This document shows, piece after piece, positions 50,093 through 58,660 of a stretch of DNA of 64,000 nt. Numbering within the stretch: the stretch's first letter is position 1; each line of letters starts with the position of its first letter. The stretch is taken from IMG/VR virus record IMGVR_UViG_2889482124_000004, positions 989 to 64,988 of that record, one strand, 5' to 3'. The position numbers and the translations under genes were made by a program. The notes beneath the pieces are model-generated. The model saw nothing but the letters and a program-made list of their open reading frames with translations. It made no database searches and was not told where the DNA came from. The stretch comes from a virus.

Positions 50093-50253
50093 GGAAGCTC
50101 TGCAAAACCCTCGTTGCTGGGATTAATGCGGTATCAGGATGAGCCGCAAGGCGTCTTTTAAAGGCAACAGCTGTAGCTATTGGCGAAAAAGACAACACAG
50201 TGGATCGCCTGAGACCGCGCTCAGACCAAAACAGGGAGTTTTGCAGAGCTTCC
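50093..50253. mobile_element. 161-bp IS5-family-type MITE
   Basis: Perfect 16-bp terminal IR GGAAGCTCTGCAAAAC; CTAG duplication at 50089-50092 and 50254-50257; no transposase. Confidence 0.85.
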
Positions 50254-50291
50254 CTAGATCCAGTTACATCCCCCAACCAGAGGTAATGAAA

Positions 50292-51155
50292 ATGAAATTA
50301 AAAGCCAACTTTATTAAAGACTGGCATGAATATTTAAAGGAAATACTTACTAATCACTGGGGCTTTGATGTTAGCCAAATTAATGATAAAGATTTGCCAC
50401 TCGCCTACTTTAATGCTGAATCCCGCCGCATTGATCAGCGAAAAAGAAACATAGAAATATCAGATGTTTTTCAATGCCCCCCCGAAGTTGCAAGCGGGTG
50501 GTCAAAGATACAAGCAAAAATCAAAAATGGATGTGATATTACACCGCATCTAAGCAAGCTAGTTGATCGTATTGATAGTACAGACCTAATGCTTAATGAC
50601 TGGGGAATTTATCACTTTCACCTAGGAGCAGAATTAGATGGAGAGTTCATTAAAAGAACCGGCCCGCTACTATTTGCCTTTGTTACCGATAACTGTTTTT
50701 ATGTAATAAACATCTACCAACATGGCGAATGGACAAATAGCGATATAGTTGAAATAATTCACAGAAATTGGCCCTCCATAATTAAACACTACATTATTAA
50801 TCATGCAAAGCTTGCATATTATGCAACGGACAAAGAAAGAAAGATATTAAGAAGCAAGCATGCCAATTCATTCGTGGAAGTTACAGATGGAACCGTCTAC
50901 GCCCCAATCGGGGGCGGAATGGTATCTTCTGGCCATAACGTCAAATCAGTCATAAGAATTGATAAGCAGCACAAATTCCTGAAGCACTTGCAAAATTCGC
51001 TTGAAAGCGAACTTATTAAAATACGTCCAGATCTAGAAAAGCAAGGCTACAACGGCGAGCCAGAGTTAATTGCAAACCTTGAGATCACTGAAACAGAATA
51101 TAGAGCTGTATTTCCTGAGTACGCGTTCGTTGCAGTCCTGCATAAAAAAGCATAA
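50292..51155 (+). CDS. AT-rich conserved hypothetical cassette gene (possible RelE/BECR-like nuclease)
   Basis: GAGGT RBS, ATG 50292; D.MLNDWGI.HFHLG...RT..LLF......I.IY.H. Confidence 0.7.
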   Translation: MKLKANFIKDWHEYLKEILTNHWGFDVSQINDKDLPLAYFNAESRRIDQRKRNIEISDVFQCPPEVASGWSKIQAKIKNGCDITPHLSKLVDRIDSTDLMLNDWGIYHFHLGAELDGEFIKRTGPLLFAFVTDNCFYVINIYQHGEWTNSDIVEIIHRNWPSIIKHYIINHAKLAYYATDKERKILRSKHANSFVEVTDGTVYAPIGGGMVSSGHNVKSVIRIDKQHKFLKHLQNSLESELIKIRPDLEKQGYNGEPELIANLEITETEYRAVFPEYAFVAVLHKKA

Positions 51156-51211
51156 CAAGCCGTTTATTGGGCGACGCCAACAGCGTCGCCCAATAAACTC
51201 CACCGTTAGCA
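51150..51211 (+). other. attC-like integron cassette recombination site (62 bp)
   Basis: GCATAAC (containing the gene's stop)-aagcc-16-bp stem-tccacc-GTTAGCA. Confidence 0.72.
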
Positions 51212-51340
51212 GTTTGGATGCCTACTTTGGGTCAACTTTTGTCAGTCGCTTTTAATGGATAAGGGTAAATCTTTTGCATCCAGAGCTCTGTGTAATGCAA
51301 AGCAATCTGAAGCAGGTCCGTGCCCAGCGTACCTGCATCC

Positions 51341-51865
51341 TCATAAACCCAAAGCCATTTGCCTTTTATCCTGCACCTGCCTCAATGCAGCCACGTCTTT
51401 TTTCAGCTTCTCAACCTGCGCTGATAACTCGGTGGCCAGCAGCATATGCGCCCGGCTTGATTCAATAACGGCGGCCTCGGTTGCCCTGCCAGCGAACAGC
51501 ATTGCAATTTGTCTAGCCTCTGCTGGTGTCACCTCCAGAATCTCGTCACCGATTTCAACCTTTGTCATCCCGTTGCATGCAATTGTCAGGCTGATTGCGC
51601 GCGCTTCGGGGTGACTTTCCACCAGGGTGTAAACACCACGGGTGGATGAATGTAGGTCACCTCGGGTCTTGAGATCCTTGAGCATGTACTGCACCTTGTC
51701 CCTTTTAAGCCCAGTCAGGTCGACCACATTGTCTGCCGTGATATTCTGCTCTGCGTTTGAAAGCGCAATGCAGGCATCAAGCACGCGCTGAATGGATGTT
51801 GCTGGCGCTGGCTTGTTCGGCCTGCCTTCACCCAAGAGTGACTTTTCCTGAATCTCAGTCTGCAT
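51341..51865 (-). CDS. Winged-HTH protein at the end of the PR operon; candidate late activator
   Basis: V..LTGL....V...LK.L...G.L.....GVY wHTH; ATG 51865. Confidence 0.65.
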   Translation of the reverse strand: MQTEIQEKSLLGEGRPNKPAPATSIQRVLDACIALSNAEQNITADNVVDLTGLKRDKVQYMLKDLKTRGDLHSSTRGVYTLVESHPEARAISLTIACNGMTKVEIGDEILEVTPAEARQIAMLFAGRATEAAVIESSRAHMLLATELSAQVEKLKKDVAALRQVQDKRQMALGL

Positions 51866-52448
51866 TGCCCTCTCCTTCCTGCCATTGCGGCACCTTCGCT
51901 GGCCAGTGCCCAACCTCCCTAATTTGATCTCTTGTTTGCCTGGCCATTTCGTGGCCAAGCTCGATATGTGCAGACCGTCCACCTGGGACAAGTCGGTATT
52001 GGTCAAATGCGGCGTGGCATCCCTCAATGCCTGGGCGCGTGCAGCACAGCGGCATGGCACGGCGGTCATCGACTTTCAGGCCCATACCCTTACCGTCATT
52101 CTCGTGGGCATGCTGGCTATAGCCATGAACTCCGCAGAAGGCGCATGGGAGCGCAGCCACTAAGCGGCGGTATGGCTCACTTCGTAGCGGCTTCTCCTTC
52201 GATATTGAGGCAAGCACCTCAAAAGCGAGCCCAGGCCTTGCGGCTTTGGCCAGCACCCTGATCCCGTTCTTCTCGTTGAAACGGGCAGTGAATTCCGCGG
52301 ACTGTGTGGCGCGCATTGCATTTTCCGCAAGTCGCGTTTCGCGGTCGGCCACTCTCATAGAGTCGCCAAAGCTGAATGACTTGCGCGCGAAGCCGGACCG
52401 TTTCAGCCCCTTGGTGCCGGGATTCATGGGCTTGGTGCGATTCAGCAT
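51855..52448 (-). CDS. NinG/DUF968-like His-Me nuclease
   Basis: RS..YRR.VA.LPC..CG....HAH....KGMG.K.DD...PLC...CH..FD. Confidence 0.75.
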   Translation of the reverse strand: MLNRTKPMNPGTKGLKRSGFARKSFSFGDSMRVADRETRLAENAMRATQSAEFTARFNEKNGIRVLAKAARPGLAFEVLASISKEKPLRSEPYRRLVAALPCAFCGVHGYSQHAHENDGKGMGLKVDDRRAMPLCCTRPGIEGCHAAFDQYRLVPGGRSAHIELGHEMARQTRDQIREVGHWPAKVPQWQEGEGNAD

Positions 52449-52897
52449 GTGCGCCCCTTCAAAGCAACTGAATTGCGAAACTTCCACGCCACCATTGCTG
52501 CGTCGCGCTCGTGCTGGTTGCACCGCTTTGTCCAGCCGGTGATGCGGCCAAATGCCGGCGCGGCGACCTTGGCACCTTTGACTGTTGGGCTAACGCCATG
52601 GGCGGGAATGCCCATGTCAGCGCAAAGCGAAGCGATCAAGGAGCACCACGCATCGACCTGCCCAACACTGCGCGCAGTGGCTAGGGCCGCGCCATATGCG
52701 CCCTTCTGCCTGGCATTCCAGAGCCTTGTTTCCAAACGGCTGTCCTCGAACAACACGCTCGGCGAAGCAACAGCGCGTTCGCGCAAGAAACGTTCAAGCT
52801 GGAACGGCTCAATGGTCAGGAGCTCCACCAGCTTGCCGCTGTCGTACGCAGCAACACCGGTGGCAGCGCCTGGATCAATCCCGAGAATCAGGCCCAT
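52442..52897 (-). CDS. RuvC-like Holliday junction resolvase
   Basis: ILGIDPG..TG.A, FED, HERDA. Confidence 0.75.
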   Translation of the reverse strand: MGLILGIDPGAATGVAAYDSGKLVELLTIEPFQLERFLRERAVASPSVLFEDSRLETRLWNARQKGAYGAALATARSVGQVDAWCSLIASLCADMGIPAHGVSPTVKGAKVAAPAFGRITGWTKRCNQHERDAAMVAWKFRNSVALKGRTC

Positions 52898-53700
52898 GAC
52901 TCACCTCCTGTGGACTGTTCTGCGGCCATGCACTCGTCTGCCCGCCGCTGCGCTTCAGCCTTTTTCTGGTTCAGCTCGTCTGCCGCGCGTTTACGCTCAG
53001 CTTCCTTTTTGGCTTCATGCCTGCGGGCACTCTCATTCAACTCTTTGCGCATAGCAGCGAATCGCTCGCGTGTGTCTGGTGGCATCGTGCTTTCGGGCTC
53101 AATCCGGCCAGTCAGCAAGGCGACGGGGTTGAACGTGGGTGCGGGCAATGCAGGATCAATCTCTTGTGCGGCGCGCTCGGGTGTGATGTAGCCCAGCGAA
53201 AGCGCTCTCTCGATAGCCGGGTTGCGGCACTGGGCATCCCAGCCAATCGAGACAGTGACCACCGGCAGGGCTTTGGCTTCTTTCGCAGCGCGCACGATGC
53301 GCTCATAGGCCGACACAAACGCATTGCGGGCACCAAAATTGTCATTGGCCTTGGCCAGTGGGCTCGCCACCAGCCAGGCGTCGGCCATTTCGTTTGTCCA
53401 GACCACCGTGTTGCGCTCGTCGAGCGAAGTCAGCGCGATAGCCCAGGCCTCGTGCGCTGTGGGGCGGCCAACTGCGTCATCAATGCGGTCGAGAATGGCC
53501 TTGGCAGTCAATCGCCCTGCGTGCTCGGCGCGCACACGGCTCAATGCGTGAGCGACGACCTGTTGCGGGTAGCTGCTCAGGTCGGTGGCCAGCATCGCTG
53601 CAGCTGTTGGGCTCAGTTGCTGGCCCAGCAGCTCAGCAGTGCCGATCAGTTGCTGCACCAGCCACACATCCATGGCCTCAGTGTTTTGCGGGTTGGTCAT
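52888..53700 (-). CDS. Replication helicase loader/inhibitor-like protein (P-like)
   Basis: DL..Y....V..AL...R, GRP...EAW..AL...DE..TVVWT; follows the initiator. Confidence 0.7.
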   Translation of the reverse strand: MTNPQNTEAMDVWLVQQLIGTAELLGQQLSPTAAAMLATDLSSYPQQVVAHALSRVRAEHAGRLTAKAILDRIDDAVGRPTAHEAWAIALTSLDERNTVVWTNEMADAWLVASPLAKANDNFGARNAFVSAYERIVRAAKEAKALPVVTVSIGWDAQCRNPAIERALSLGYITPERAAQEIDPALPAPTFNPVALLTGRIEPESTMPPDTRERFAAMRKELNESARRHEAKKEAERKRAADELNQKKAEAQRRADECMAAEQSTGGESWA

Positions 53701-54761
53701 GCCGTGGTCCCTCCTTGTTGCTGCGCACGGTTCGCACGCATGATGGCCACCGCTTCTCCGGCGGCGTCAAAGTTCGATTGGGTTTGGTCGATCTGCTGGG
53801 CGCGAGTGCTGGTCATCGACTGCCCCGTCTCGCATTGCGTGGCCCACTTCTCGGCGTCGGCCAGCAGCAGCTTCACCGGGTGCATTTGCTTCACGATGAA
53901 CTCCTCGTTCACGCGGCGCACGTAGTGAACCGCGACACGCGGCGCACGGTCCACGCCAAGCCGGTCAACCAACCGGGCCATTTGGCCCGCTACGGTTGCG
54001 TTCCAGATTGGCCAGCTGTGGTAGCGGCGCTGGTAGGCCAGCGCGTATGCAATCCAAGCCTTGTGAGTTTTGGCACCATCGCCGGGGTAGCGCAGCTCAC
54101 CGGGGATTTCGTAGACCGTGCCGTTCGGCGCAGTGATAACCATGGCGGCCTGCGATTCGGGCGCTGCTGACGGCGCCGAAGGATTTACTGGCTCAGCAGT
54201 TGTGACAACCCCATCAACGGGGTCACCCTCTCGTCGTTCACGACGTGGGGGTGAATAAATCTCTGCAGTAGTCTTTGCAGTAATCTCATTCAGTAATCTA
54301 TCTTTGTTATCCAATTGCGCTTTTGTCGCTCCGCGAACTGCGTTTTTGTCGCACGGCGAACTGCGTTTGGCGTTGCCCGCGAACTGCGTTTGGCGCATTT
54401 CCCCAATTGCGCTTTCGTCGTTCGGGAATTGCGCTTTCGTCCATGCCTCGAACGCGGCATCGACAGCTTCCAGATCCAGCTTGAAATAGATGCGGTGCTG
54501 CAGGCGTTTGTGGGTTTCTTTCAAAAAACCCAGCTTGGCCAAATGTTTGCGCGCGGTCGCTTGCTCGCGGTATGAAAGGCCTGTTTCCTCTGTCCATTCC
54601 TCTGAGCTTTTGAACACACCACGCTCGTCGTCATTGCGGCTTTGCCAGTAATGCAACTGAGTGAAAAAGATGGACGAATTGATGCTGCCAAAGAACTTGG
54701 ACAGCTTTGGGTAGTACGCCAGCGCTCGGCCAACGTTTGCAAGTGAAAGGGATAAACTCAC
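53697..54761 (-). CDS. Replication initiator (O-like)
   Basis: N-terminal wHTH (F..QL.YW...W.EETGLS..EQ.TARK.L); contains iterons; GTG 54761. Confidence 0.85.
   Translation of the reverse strand: MSLSLSLANVGRALAYYPKLSKFFGSINSSIFFTQLHYWQSRNDDERGVFKSSEEWTEETGLSYREQATARKHLAKLGFLKETHKRLQHRIYFKLDLEAVDAAFEAWTKAQFPNDESAIGEMRQTQFAGNAKRSSPCDKNAVRGATKAQLDNKDRLLNEITAKTTAEIYSPPRRERREGDPVDGVVTTAEPVNPSAPSAAPESQAAMVITAPNGTVYEIPGELRYPGDGAKTHKAWIAYALAYQRRYHSWPIWNATVAGQMARLVDRLGVDRAPRVAVHYVRRVNEEFIVKQMHPVKLLLADAEKWATQCETGQSMTSTRAQQIDQTQSNFDAAGEAVAIMRANRAQQQGGTTA
54261..54442. repeat. Phage replication origin: six iterons plus adjacent short repeats
   Basis: (G/C)AAYTGCGYTT units at 54312, 54335, 54358, 54381, 54404, 54426 (22-23-bp period); three CAGTA(A/G)TCT repeats at 54261-54300. 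Confidence 0.85.
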
Positions 54762-55462
54762 GATTGCACCCCACTTGCCTGCGCTTTTGCGGCTTGATAC
54801 TTGCCCCATTCACCAGCAACCCAGTTAACCCCTTTGGGCGTGAATCTGGTGGCGTTGAAAGCATGGTCGTTCTGGCTGGCCACGCCAGCCTTGACAACAA
54901 AGCGGCCAGCGTCGATGTGGTTTTGGTACGCAGCCCACTCTCCACCTAAGCGGTACATGATTTTTTCGTCCTGCAACCAGGCACGGAATTCGTGCTCGTT
55001 TGCATTCAGCAGCTTGGCAACCTGCCGGAAGCCCTTGGCGCCGTTTGCGGCAACGTAGCGGTCGACATATTCGACCTTGGGCGCGGCCAGCGCTAATTGC
55101 TCGGCCTGTTGCTCAATCTGCTCAGCTTGGTCTGCTGCCAGGCGCAGCGCCTGGGCCATCGTCTTGGGCAGGCTTGGTGCTTGCTGGGCCTCCAGTTCTT
55201 GCCAGCGATCAATCACCCGCGCGCGGTGTTCGTCGCTATAGCCAGACACCACCAGGTGGGTGTCGCGCTCAATCAGGTCGTAAACCTCAATCGGGCGTCC
55301 TCCCGTATCCTCGCGGCGAGTTTTACGACTTGATCGTAAAAGACCCTTTTCAAACAAACGCTCGATAGTGGCCACAACATCGTTGTGCCGCGCTTCAACC
55401 AGTTCGGCTATTTCGCGGCTGCTCATAGTGGCCACCGCCACTGAAACTGCTTGCCCTGTCAT
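54758..55462 (-). CDS. Rha-family/antirepressor KilAC (ANT) protein
   Basis: MSSREIAEL...H, IDRWQELE, LP.T..QALRLAAD, APKV.Y.DRYV, TPKG. Confidence 0.88.
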   Translation of the reverse strand: MTGQAVSVAVATMSSREIAELVEARHNDVVATIERLFEKGLLRSSRKTRREDTGGRPIEVYDLIERDTHLVVSGYSDEHRARVIDRWQELEAQQAPSLPKTMAQALRLAADQAEQIEQQAEQLALAAPKVEYVDRYVAANGAKGFRQVAKLLNANEHEFRAWLQDEKIMYRLGGEWAAYQNHIDAGRFVVKAGVASQNDHAFNATRFTPKGVNWVAGEWGKYQAAKAQASGVQS

Positions 55463-55746
55463 ACCGAGCCTCCCATATGTGGAATTCCACGGGCAGCGGC
55501 ATGGCGCAAGACCTGCAAGTCAGTTTTGCTGATGACGAAGTGGTCTTTACCCAAAATATTCAGGTTCAGCGCGGCAATAAAAAGGGCAATGTTTTCAATG
55601 TTTTCGTTCTTCAAACGCGAAATCGTGGACTCGGACGTGTTCATCTTGTCAGCTACACGGGCTTGGCCCATGTCTGCAAGAGCGTTGCGCAAAGTGGTTT
55701 CGATCTTGCGTGCGCTTTCACGCAAGTCTTGAGAAACTTCAGACAT
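55459..55746 (-). CDS. cII: CII-family transcriptional activator
   Basis: RKIE...L...GQ..VA..M..SESTISRLK. Confidence 0.8.
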   Translation of the reverse strand: MSEVSQDLRESARKIETTLRNALADMGQARVADKMNTSESTISRLKNENIENIALFIAALNLNILGKDHFVISKTDLQVLRHAAARGIPHMGGSV

Positions 55747-55854
55747 GGCAAGACACCTTCATAAAAATTTCAAATTCATAGACTCCAAGGGCACAAAGGC
55801 CTTGCGCGTAAGCACGCGCCTGGATTTGGTAACGGGGGTTCTTTGGACTTTTGG

Positions 55855-56058
55855 TCATGCACAGACCCAAATGACTGCAGTGCCCAGCACAAAGGTGGCA
55901 AGTACCAGCACGCCGCGTCGATTCGGCGTGCTATCTGGAACTGACGCGGGATTGAGATCAGCAAGCGCTGCAAGCAACTTGCCGCAGTTGCAGTGCCTCC
56001 CGAAGTGGGCGGCGCAGTCGTCAATGTGGATTGCATCGGGAGTGTCTTGCTCAGCCAT
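55855..56058 (-). CDS. Small hypothetical membrane protein
   Basis: H..DC......CNC motif and C-terminal TM; GAGG RBS. Confidence 0.55.
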   Translation of the reverse strand: MAEQDTPDAIHIDDCAAHFGRHCNCGKLLAALADLNPASVPDSTPNRRGVLVLATFVLGTAVIWVCA

Positions 56059-56144
56059 TGACAGCAGCCTCTCGATTACGGGTGCCCACCACCTCCTGGG
56101 GCAGAATGGAAGCTCCTACACAACCATCCCCAGGAGGGGTAGAC

Positions 56145-56375
56145 ATGGAAAAACAATTGCTAGAAGAGCTACGCGAAATCAAGATGCTGTGCATAGCCAA
56201 CTTCATAGAGCTGCAGGAAATACGCAGCAAACTGAACATTGCCGAGACAGACCCAAAGGATCGGTACGCATACGCCGACCAACTGGGCGGACATATGGCG
56301 GTAATGCAAGAAAAAATTCGAGGATTGATCAAGGCCTATCCCCACTTCCAGGGCGATTTAGCCGAGAAAAGCTGA
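56145..56375 (+). CDS. Small antisense moron protein
   Basis: AGGAGG RBS, ATG 56145, helical 76 aa. Confidence 0.6.
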   Translation: MEKQLLEELREIKMLCIANFIELQEIRSKLNIAETDPKDRYAYADQLGGHMAVMQEKIRGLIKAYPHFQGDLAEKS

Positions 56376-56559
56376 ATCGCTGCTCGCTTAGGACACGGCC
56401 ACGCTCCTTGGCGAGCAAGTTGCGCGCACTATCGAGCACTGACTCGGCTCTCGCCAAAGAGAGGCCTTCAAGTTGCTCAAGGACAGCGTCTATCTGGCGG
56501 TTAAATTCGGCCAACTCTTCCTTGGAAGGCCATTTGTCGTCAGCGGCGGTTTTATGCAT
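56329..56559 (-). CDS. Small hypothetical protein
   Basis: AAGGAGG RBS, ATG 56559. Confidence 0.55.
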   Translation of the reverse strand: MHKTAADDKWPSKEELAEFNRQIDAVLEQLEGLSLARAESVLDSARNLLAKERGRVLSEQRFSFSRLNRPGSGDRP

Positions 56560-56647
56560 TGCTTGCAGCCTCCTTGGTAGGGCGGGCGCCCGTTTCAACA
56601 GAAAATGCAGGTTCCTCAACACGCAAATTTCTATCGAAAGGGCTCCC

Positions 56648-57178
56648 ATGCTCAGTGAAATCAGTCTTGCTCTCACAGCCATCACTGGCGCGAAAACAAT
56701 TACCGAAGGGCTTGTCGCGGAGAGAGATGCCGTCAAGATCAGAACAGCGACCTCCGAACTCCTTGGACTCCTGATTGATGTGCAGGGCACACTTCTTGCA
56801 TTGCAGCGCGATCAAGCAGTGCTCAACGAAGAGCTTGCGCGGCACAAGAAAGAAAAGTCGGAACTTGCCGATCGCCTGAAACGTGTTGAACGTACGCGCC
56901 AGGAGTACACCGACTATGAAAGAGTTCTTGTTGCGGGCGGCCATTGCGTTGTCTACGCCGCAAAGCCAGATGAACATAGAGTGCGGCACCCGCCCTACCT
57001 GTGTGCAACATGTTTCGAGGCCGATCAGTACTCGACGTTGAGCCTTCAAATGGGTACGCAAAAGAAACCCGGCAGAAAACTCGTTTGCCCTGCATCTGCA
57101 CTTCACACGCTTGCGCTTCCACGTGGAAGCTGGACGCCAGAGAACCTTTGCCCTGTGGAAAAAAGCGTTCAACCTTGA
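56648..57178 (+). CDS. Antisense moron: coiled-coil protein with a C-terminal Zn ribbon
   Basis: M..EIS.A.TA...A..I...L...RD; P.YLC.TCF...LVCP; ATG 56648. Confidence 0.7.
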   Translation: MLSEISLALTAITGAKTITEGLVAERDAVKIRTATSELLGLLIDVQGTLLALQRDQAVLNEELARHKKEKSELADRLKRVERTRQEYTDYERVLVAGGHCVVYAAKPDEHRVRHPPYLCATCFEADQYSTLSLQMGTQKKPGRKLVCPASALHTLALPRGSWTPENLCPVEKSVQP

Positions 57179-57429
57179 TTGCATGCCGCCCCCTTTTGCT
57201 GGGAGGCCGGCCTGCATGCTGTTTCCTTGGGCTCAAGGCGGGGATTGCGAGCTTTTTTAACAGACACACCCAAAAATAACTTTGGATGATCGAGCTTCAC
57301 TCGTGGAGGAATGCCTCGCTCAATCCAGTTGTGCACGCGCTGAGCGCCTCCAGCACGCAAGTCATAGCCAAGCAGTTCGGCCAGCTTTGAGGCACCGCCA
57401 TAGTGTTGAATAAGTTCAGCATCAGTCAT
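57169..57429 (-). CDS. cro: Cro-like repressor
   Basis: D.ELI...GG..KLA.LLG......QRV.NW..RGIP; divergent from cI. Confidence 0.88.
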   Translation of the reverse strand: MTDAELIQHYGGASKLAELLGYDLRAGGAQRVHNWIERGIPPRVKLDHPKLFLGVSVKKARNPRLEPKETACRPASQQKGAACNQG

Positions 57430-57436
57430 AACCGAC

Positions 57437-57488
57437 ATTAAACACTATGTTTTAGACCGATGCAACAGCACGTTTAAACGTTTTGTTG
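57437..57488. promoter_or_regulatory. OR operators and PR promoter
   Basis: 13-bp sites AAACActaTGTTT (57440), CAACAgcaCGTTT (57463), AAACGtttTGTTG (57476); minus-strand TTGCAT-17-TTTAAT. Confidence 0.8.
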
Positions 57489-57494
57489 AAAAAT

Positions 57495-58160
57495 ATGCAT
57501 ATGACCCCTACCATGACGCGCCTCTATCAGGCAATTGCATACCTGACCGGGAAATCCGAAGTGGGACCAACTGACGCTGCACATTTTTTGGGGCTGCCAA
57601 ACTCGCAGACCGTCAAAAATTGGGAATCACGCGGCCCTTCAAACGAGGGAATGGTTGCGATTGCTCTCAAAGGGGTGAGTTTGGGTTGGCTGCAAACGGG
57701 TAGCGGACCCATGCTTCCTAGCCTTGCTAACGTTGAGCCAGGGCCAAGCCTAAGAGGCGGCGACGTGCCTCTTATTTCCTGGGTGCAAGCAGGCACATTC
57801 TGCGAAGCCATTGATACATATACTGTAGGCGACGCCGAAAAGTGGCTTGTATGTCCCGTACCGCACAGCGAATCAACCTTTGCACTAAGGGTTCGCGGCG
57901 ACTCGATGACTGCTTTTGGCGGAGGACGCAGCTATCCAGAGGGCAGCATCATTTTCATTGACCCGGAGCGCCGCAGCCCAACAAATGGTGATCGCATAGT
58001 GGCCTGCTTAGAGGACAGTCCAACGCATGAAGTCACATTCAAAGTCTTCAAAGACGAAGATGGCAAAAAGTGGTTGATGCCTCTCAATCCAATGCACTCA
58101 CCAATCAGAGATAAGTTTCGCGTTCTTGGCACTGTGATTGGCCAATGGATTGACGACTAG
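57495..58160 (+). CDS. cI: CI repressor (HTH plus S24 peptidase)
   Basis: QTVKNWESRG HTH; VPLISWVQAG cleavage site; GDSM; TFK. Confidence 0.92.
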   Translation: MHMTPTMTRLYQAIAYLTGKSEVGPTDAAHFLGLPNSQTVKNWESRGPSNEGMVAIALKGVSLGWLQTGSGPMLPSLANVEPGPSLRGGDVPLISWVQAGTFCEAIDTYTVGDAEKWLVCPVPHSESTFALRVRGDSMTAFGGGRSYPEGSIIFIDPERRSPTNGDRIVACLEDSPTHEVTFKVFKDEDGKKWLMPLNPMHSPIRDKFRVLGTVIGQWIDD

Positions 58161-58181
58161 CTAGCATTTATCTCGAGCGCC

Positions 58182-58207
58182 AAGCCCGCACTACGCGGGT
58201 TTTTTTT
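58182..58207 (+). terminator. Terminator after cI
   Basis: GCCCGC-actac-GCGGGT followed by a T run. Confidence 0.85.
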
Positions 58208-58249
58208 CGCTCGAATTAAGTGCATTGTGAGAATTTCCACTAAAGAACC

Positions 58250-58301
58250 AAACACAATGTTTAAACATTACGTTGACACACTGAAAAACATGGTGTTTAA
58301 T
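58250..58301 (+). promoter_or_regulatory. OL operators and PL promoter
   Basis: AAACAcaaTGTTT (58250), AAACAttaCGTTG (58263), AAACAtggTGTTT (58286); TTGACA(58273)-17-TTTAAT(58296). Confidence 0.85.
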
Positions 58302-58660
58302 TATTCCATCGCAACAAAAGCGATGGGCACCAAGCGATCGAGCCGCATGCCTCACTCTCTTTAGAACGCCGCATGCAGCAAGCGGCCAATAAATGACTGC
58401 ACTCGCTCTACTACTTGCAAGCCGCCCGGATGGGGTCACGGTGCAGCGATCTGGGAAAGGCCTGGCGAACCCCACACACCGGGGTCATCAAGAATAGGTA
58501 GTTGAGGCGCGGCGCCAAGAAAAGAAAAACCGATGGGTGAAGACGACCCAGCACAACGGTCATGCTGGTTGGAATCCCGGCCTGGTCTTCGCAAGAGGGC
58601 CATCAAGAATGCTCGCACTGGCAGCAATGCCCGGCGGATAAGAGCTGCGGGCATTCTTGA

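Noticed and set aside
50139-50291. N-terminal extension of the cassette gene
   Set aside because: Derived from the MITE; the RBS supports ATG 50292
54312-54442. Regular 23-bp repeats as a possible CRISPR array
   Set aside because: No spacers of CRISPR length; the repeats lie inside the initiator gene and are iterons
55745-56647. N-terminal 300 aa of the 477-aa ORF 55745-57178
   Set aside because: Overlaps three better-supported small genes; the real start is ATG 56648 with its own RBS
58530-58585. tRNA-like T-arm GCTGGTTGGAATCCCGGC
   Set aside because: No cloverleaf, acceptor stem or CCA end
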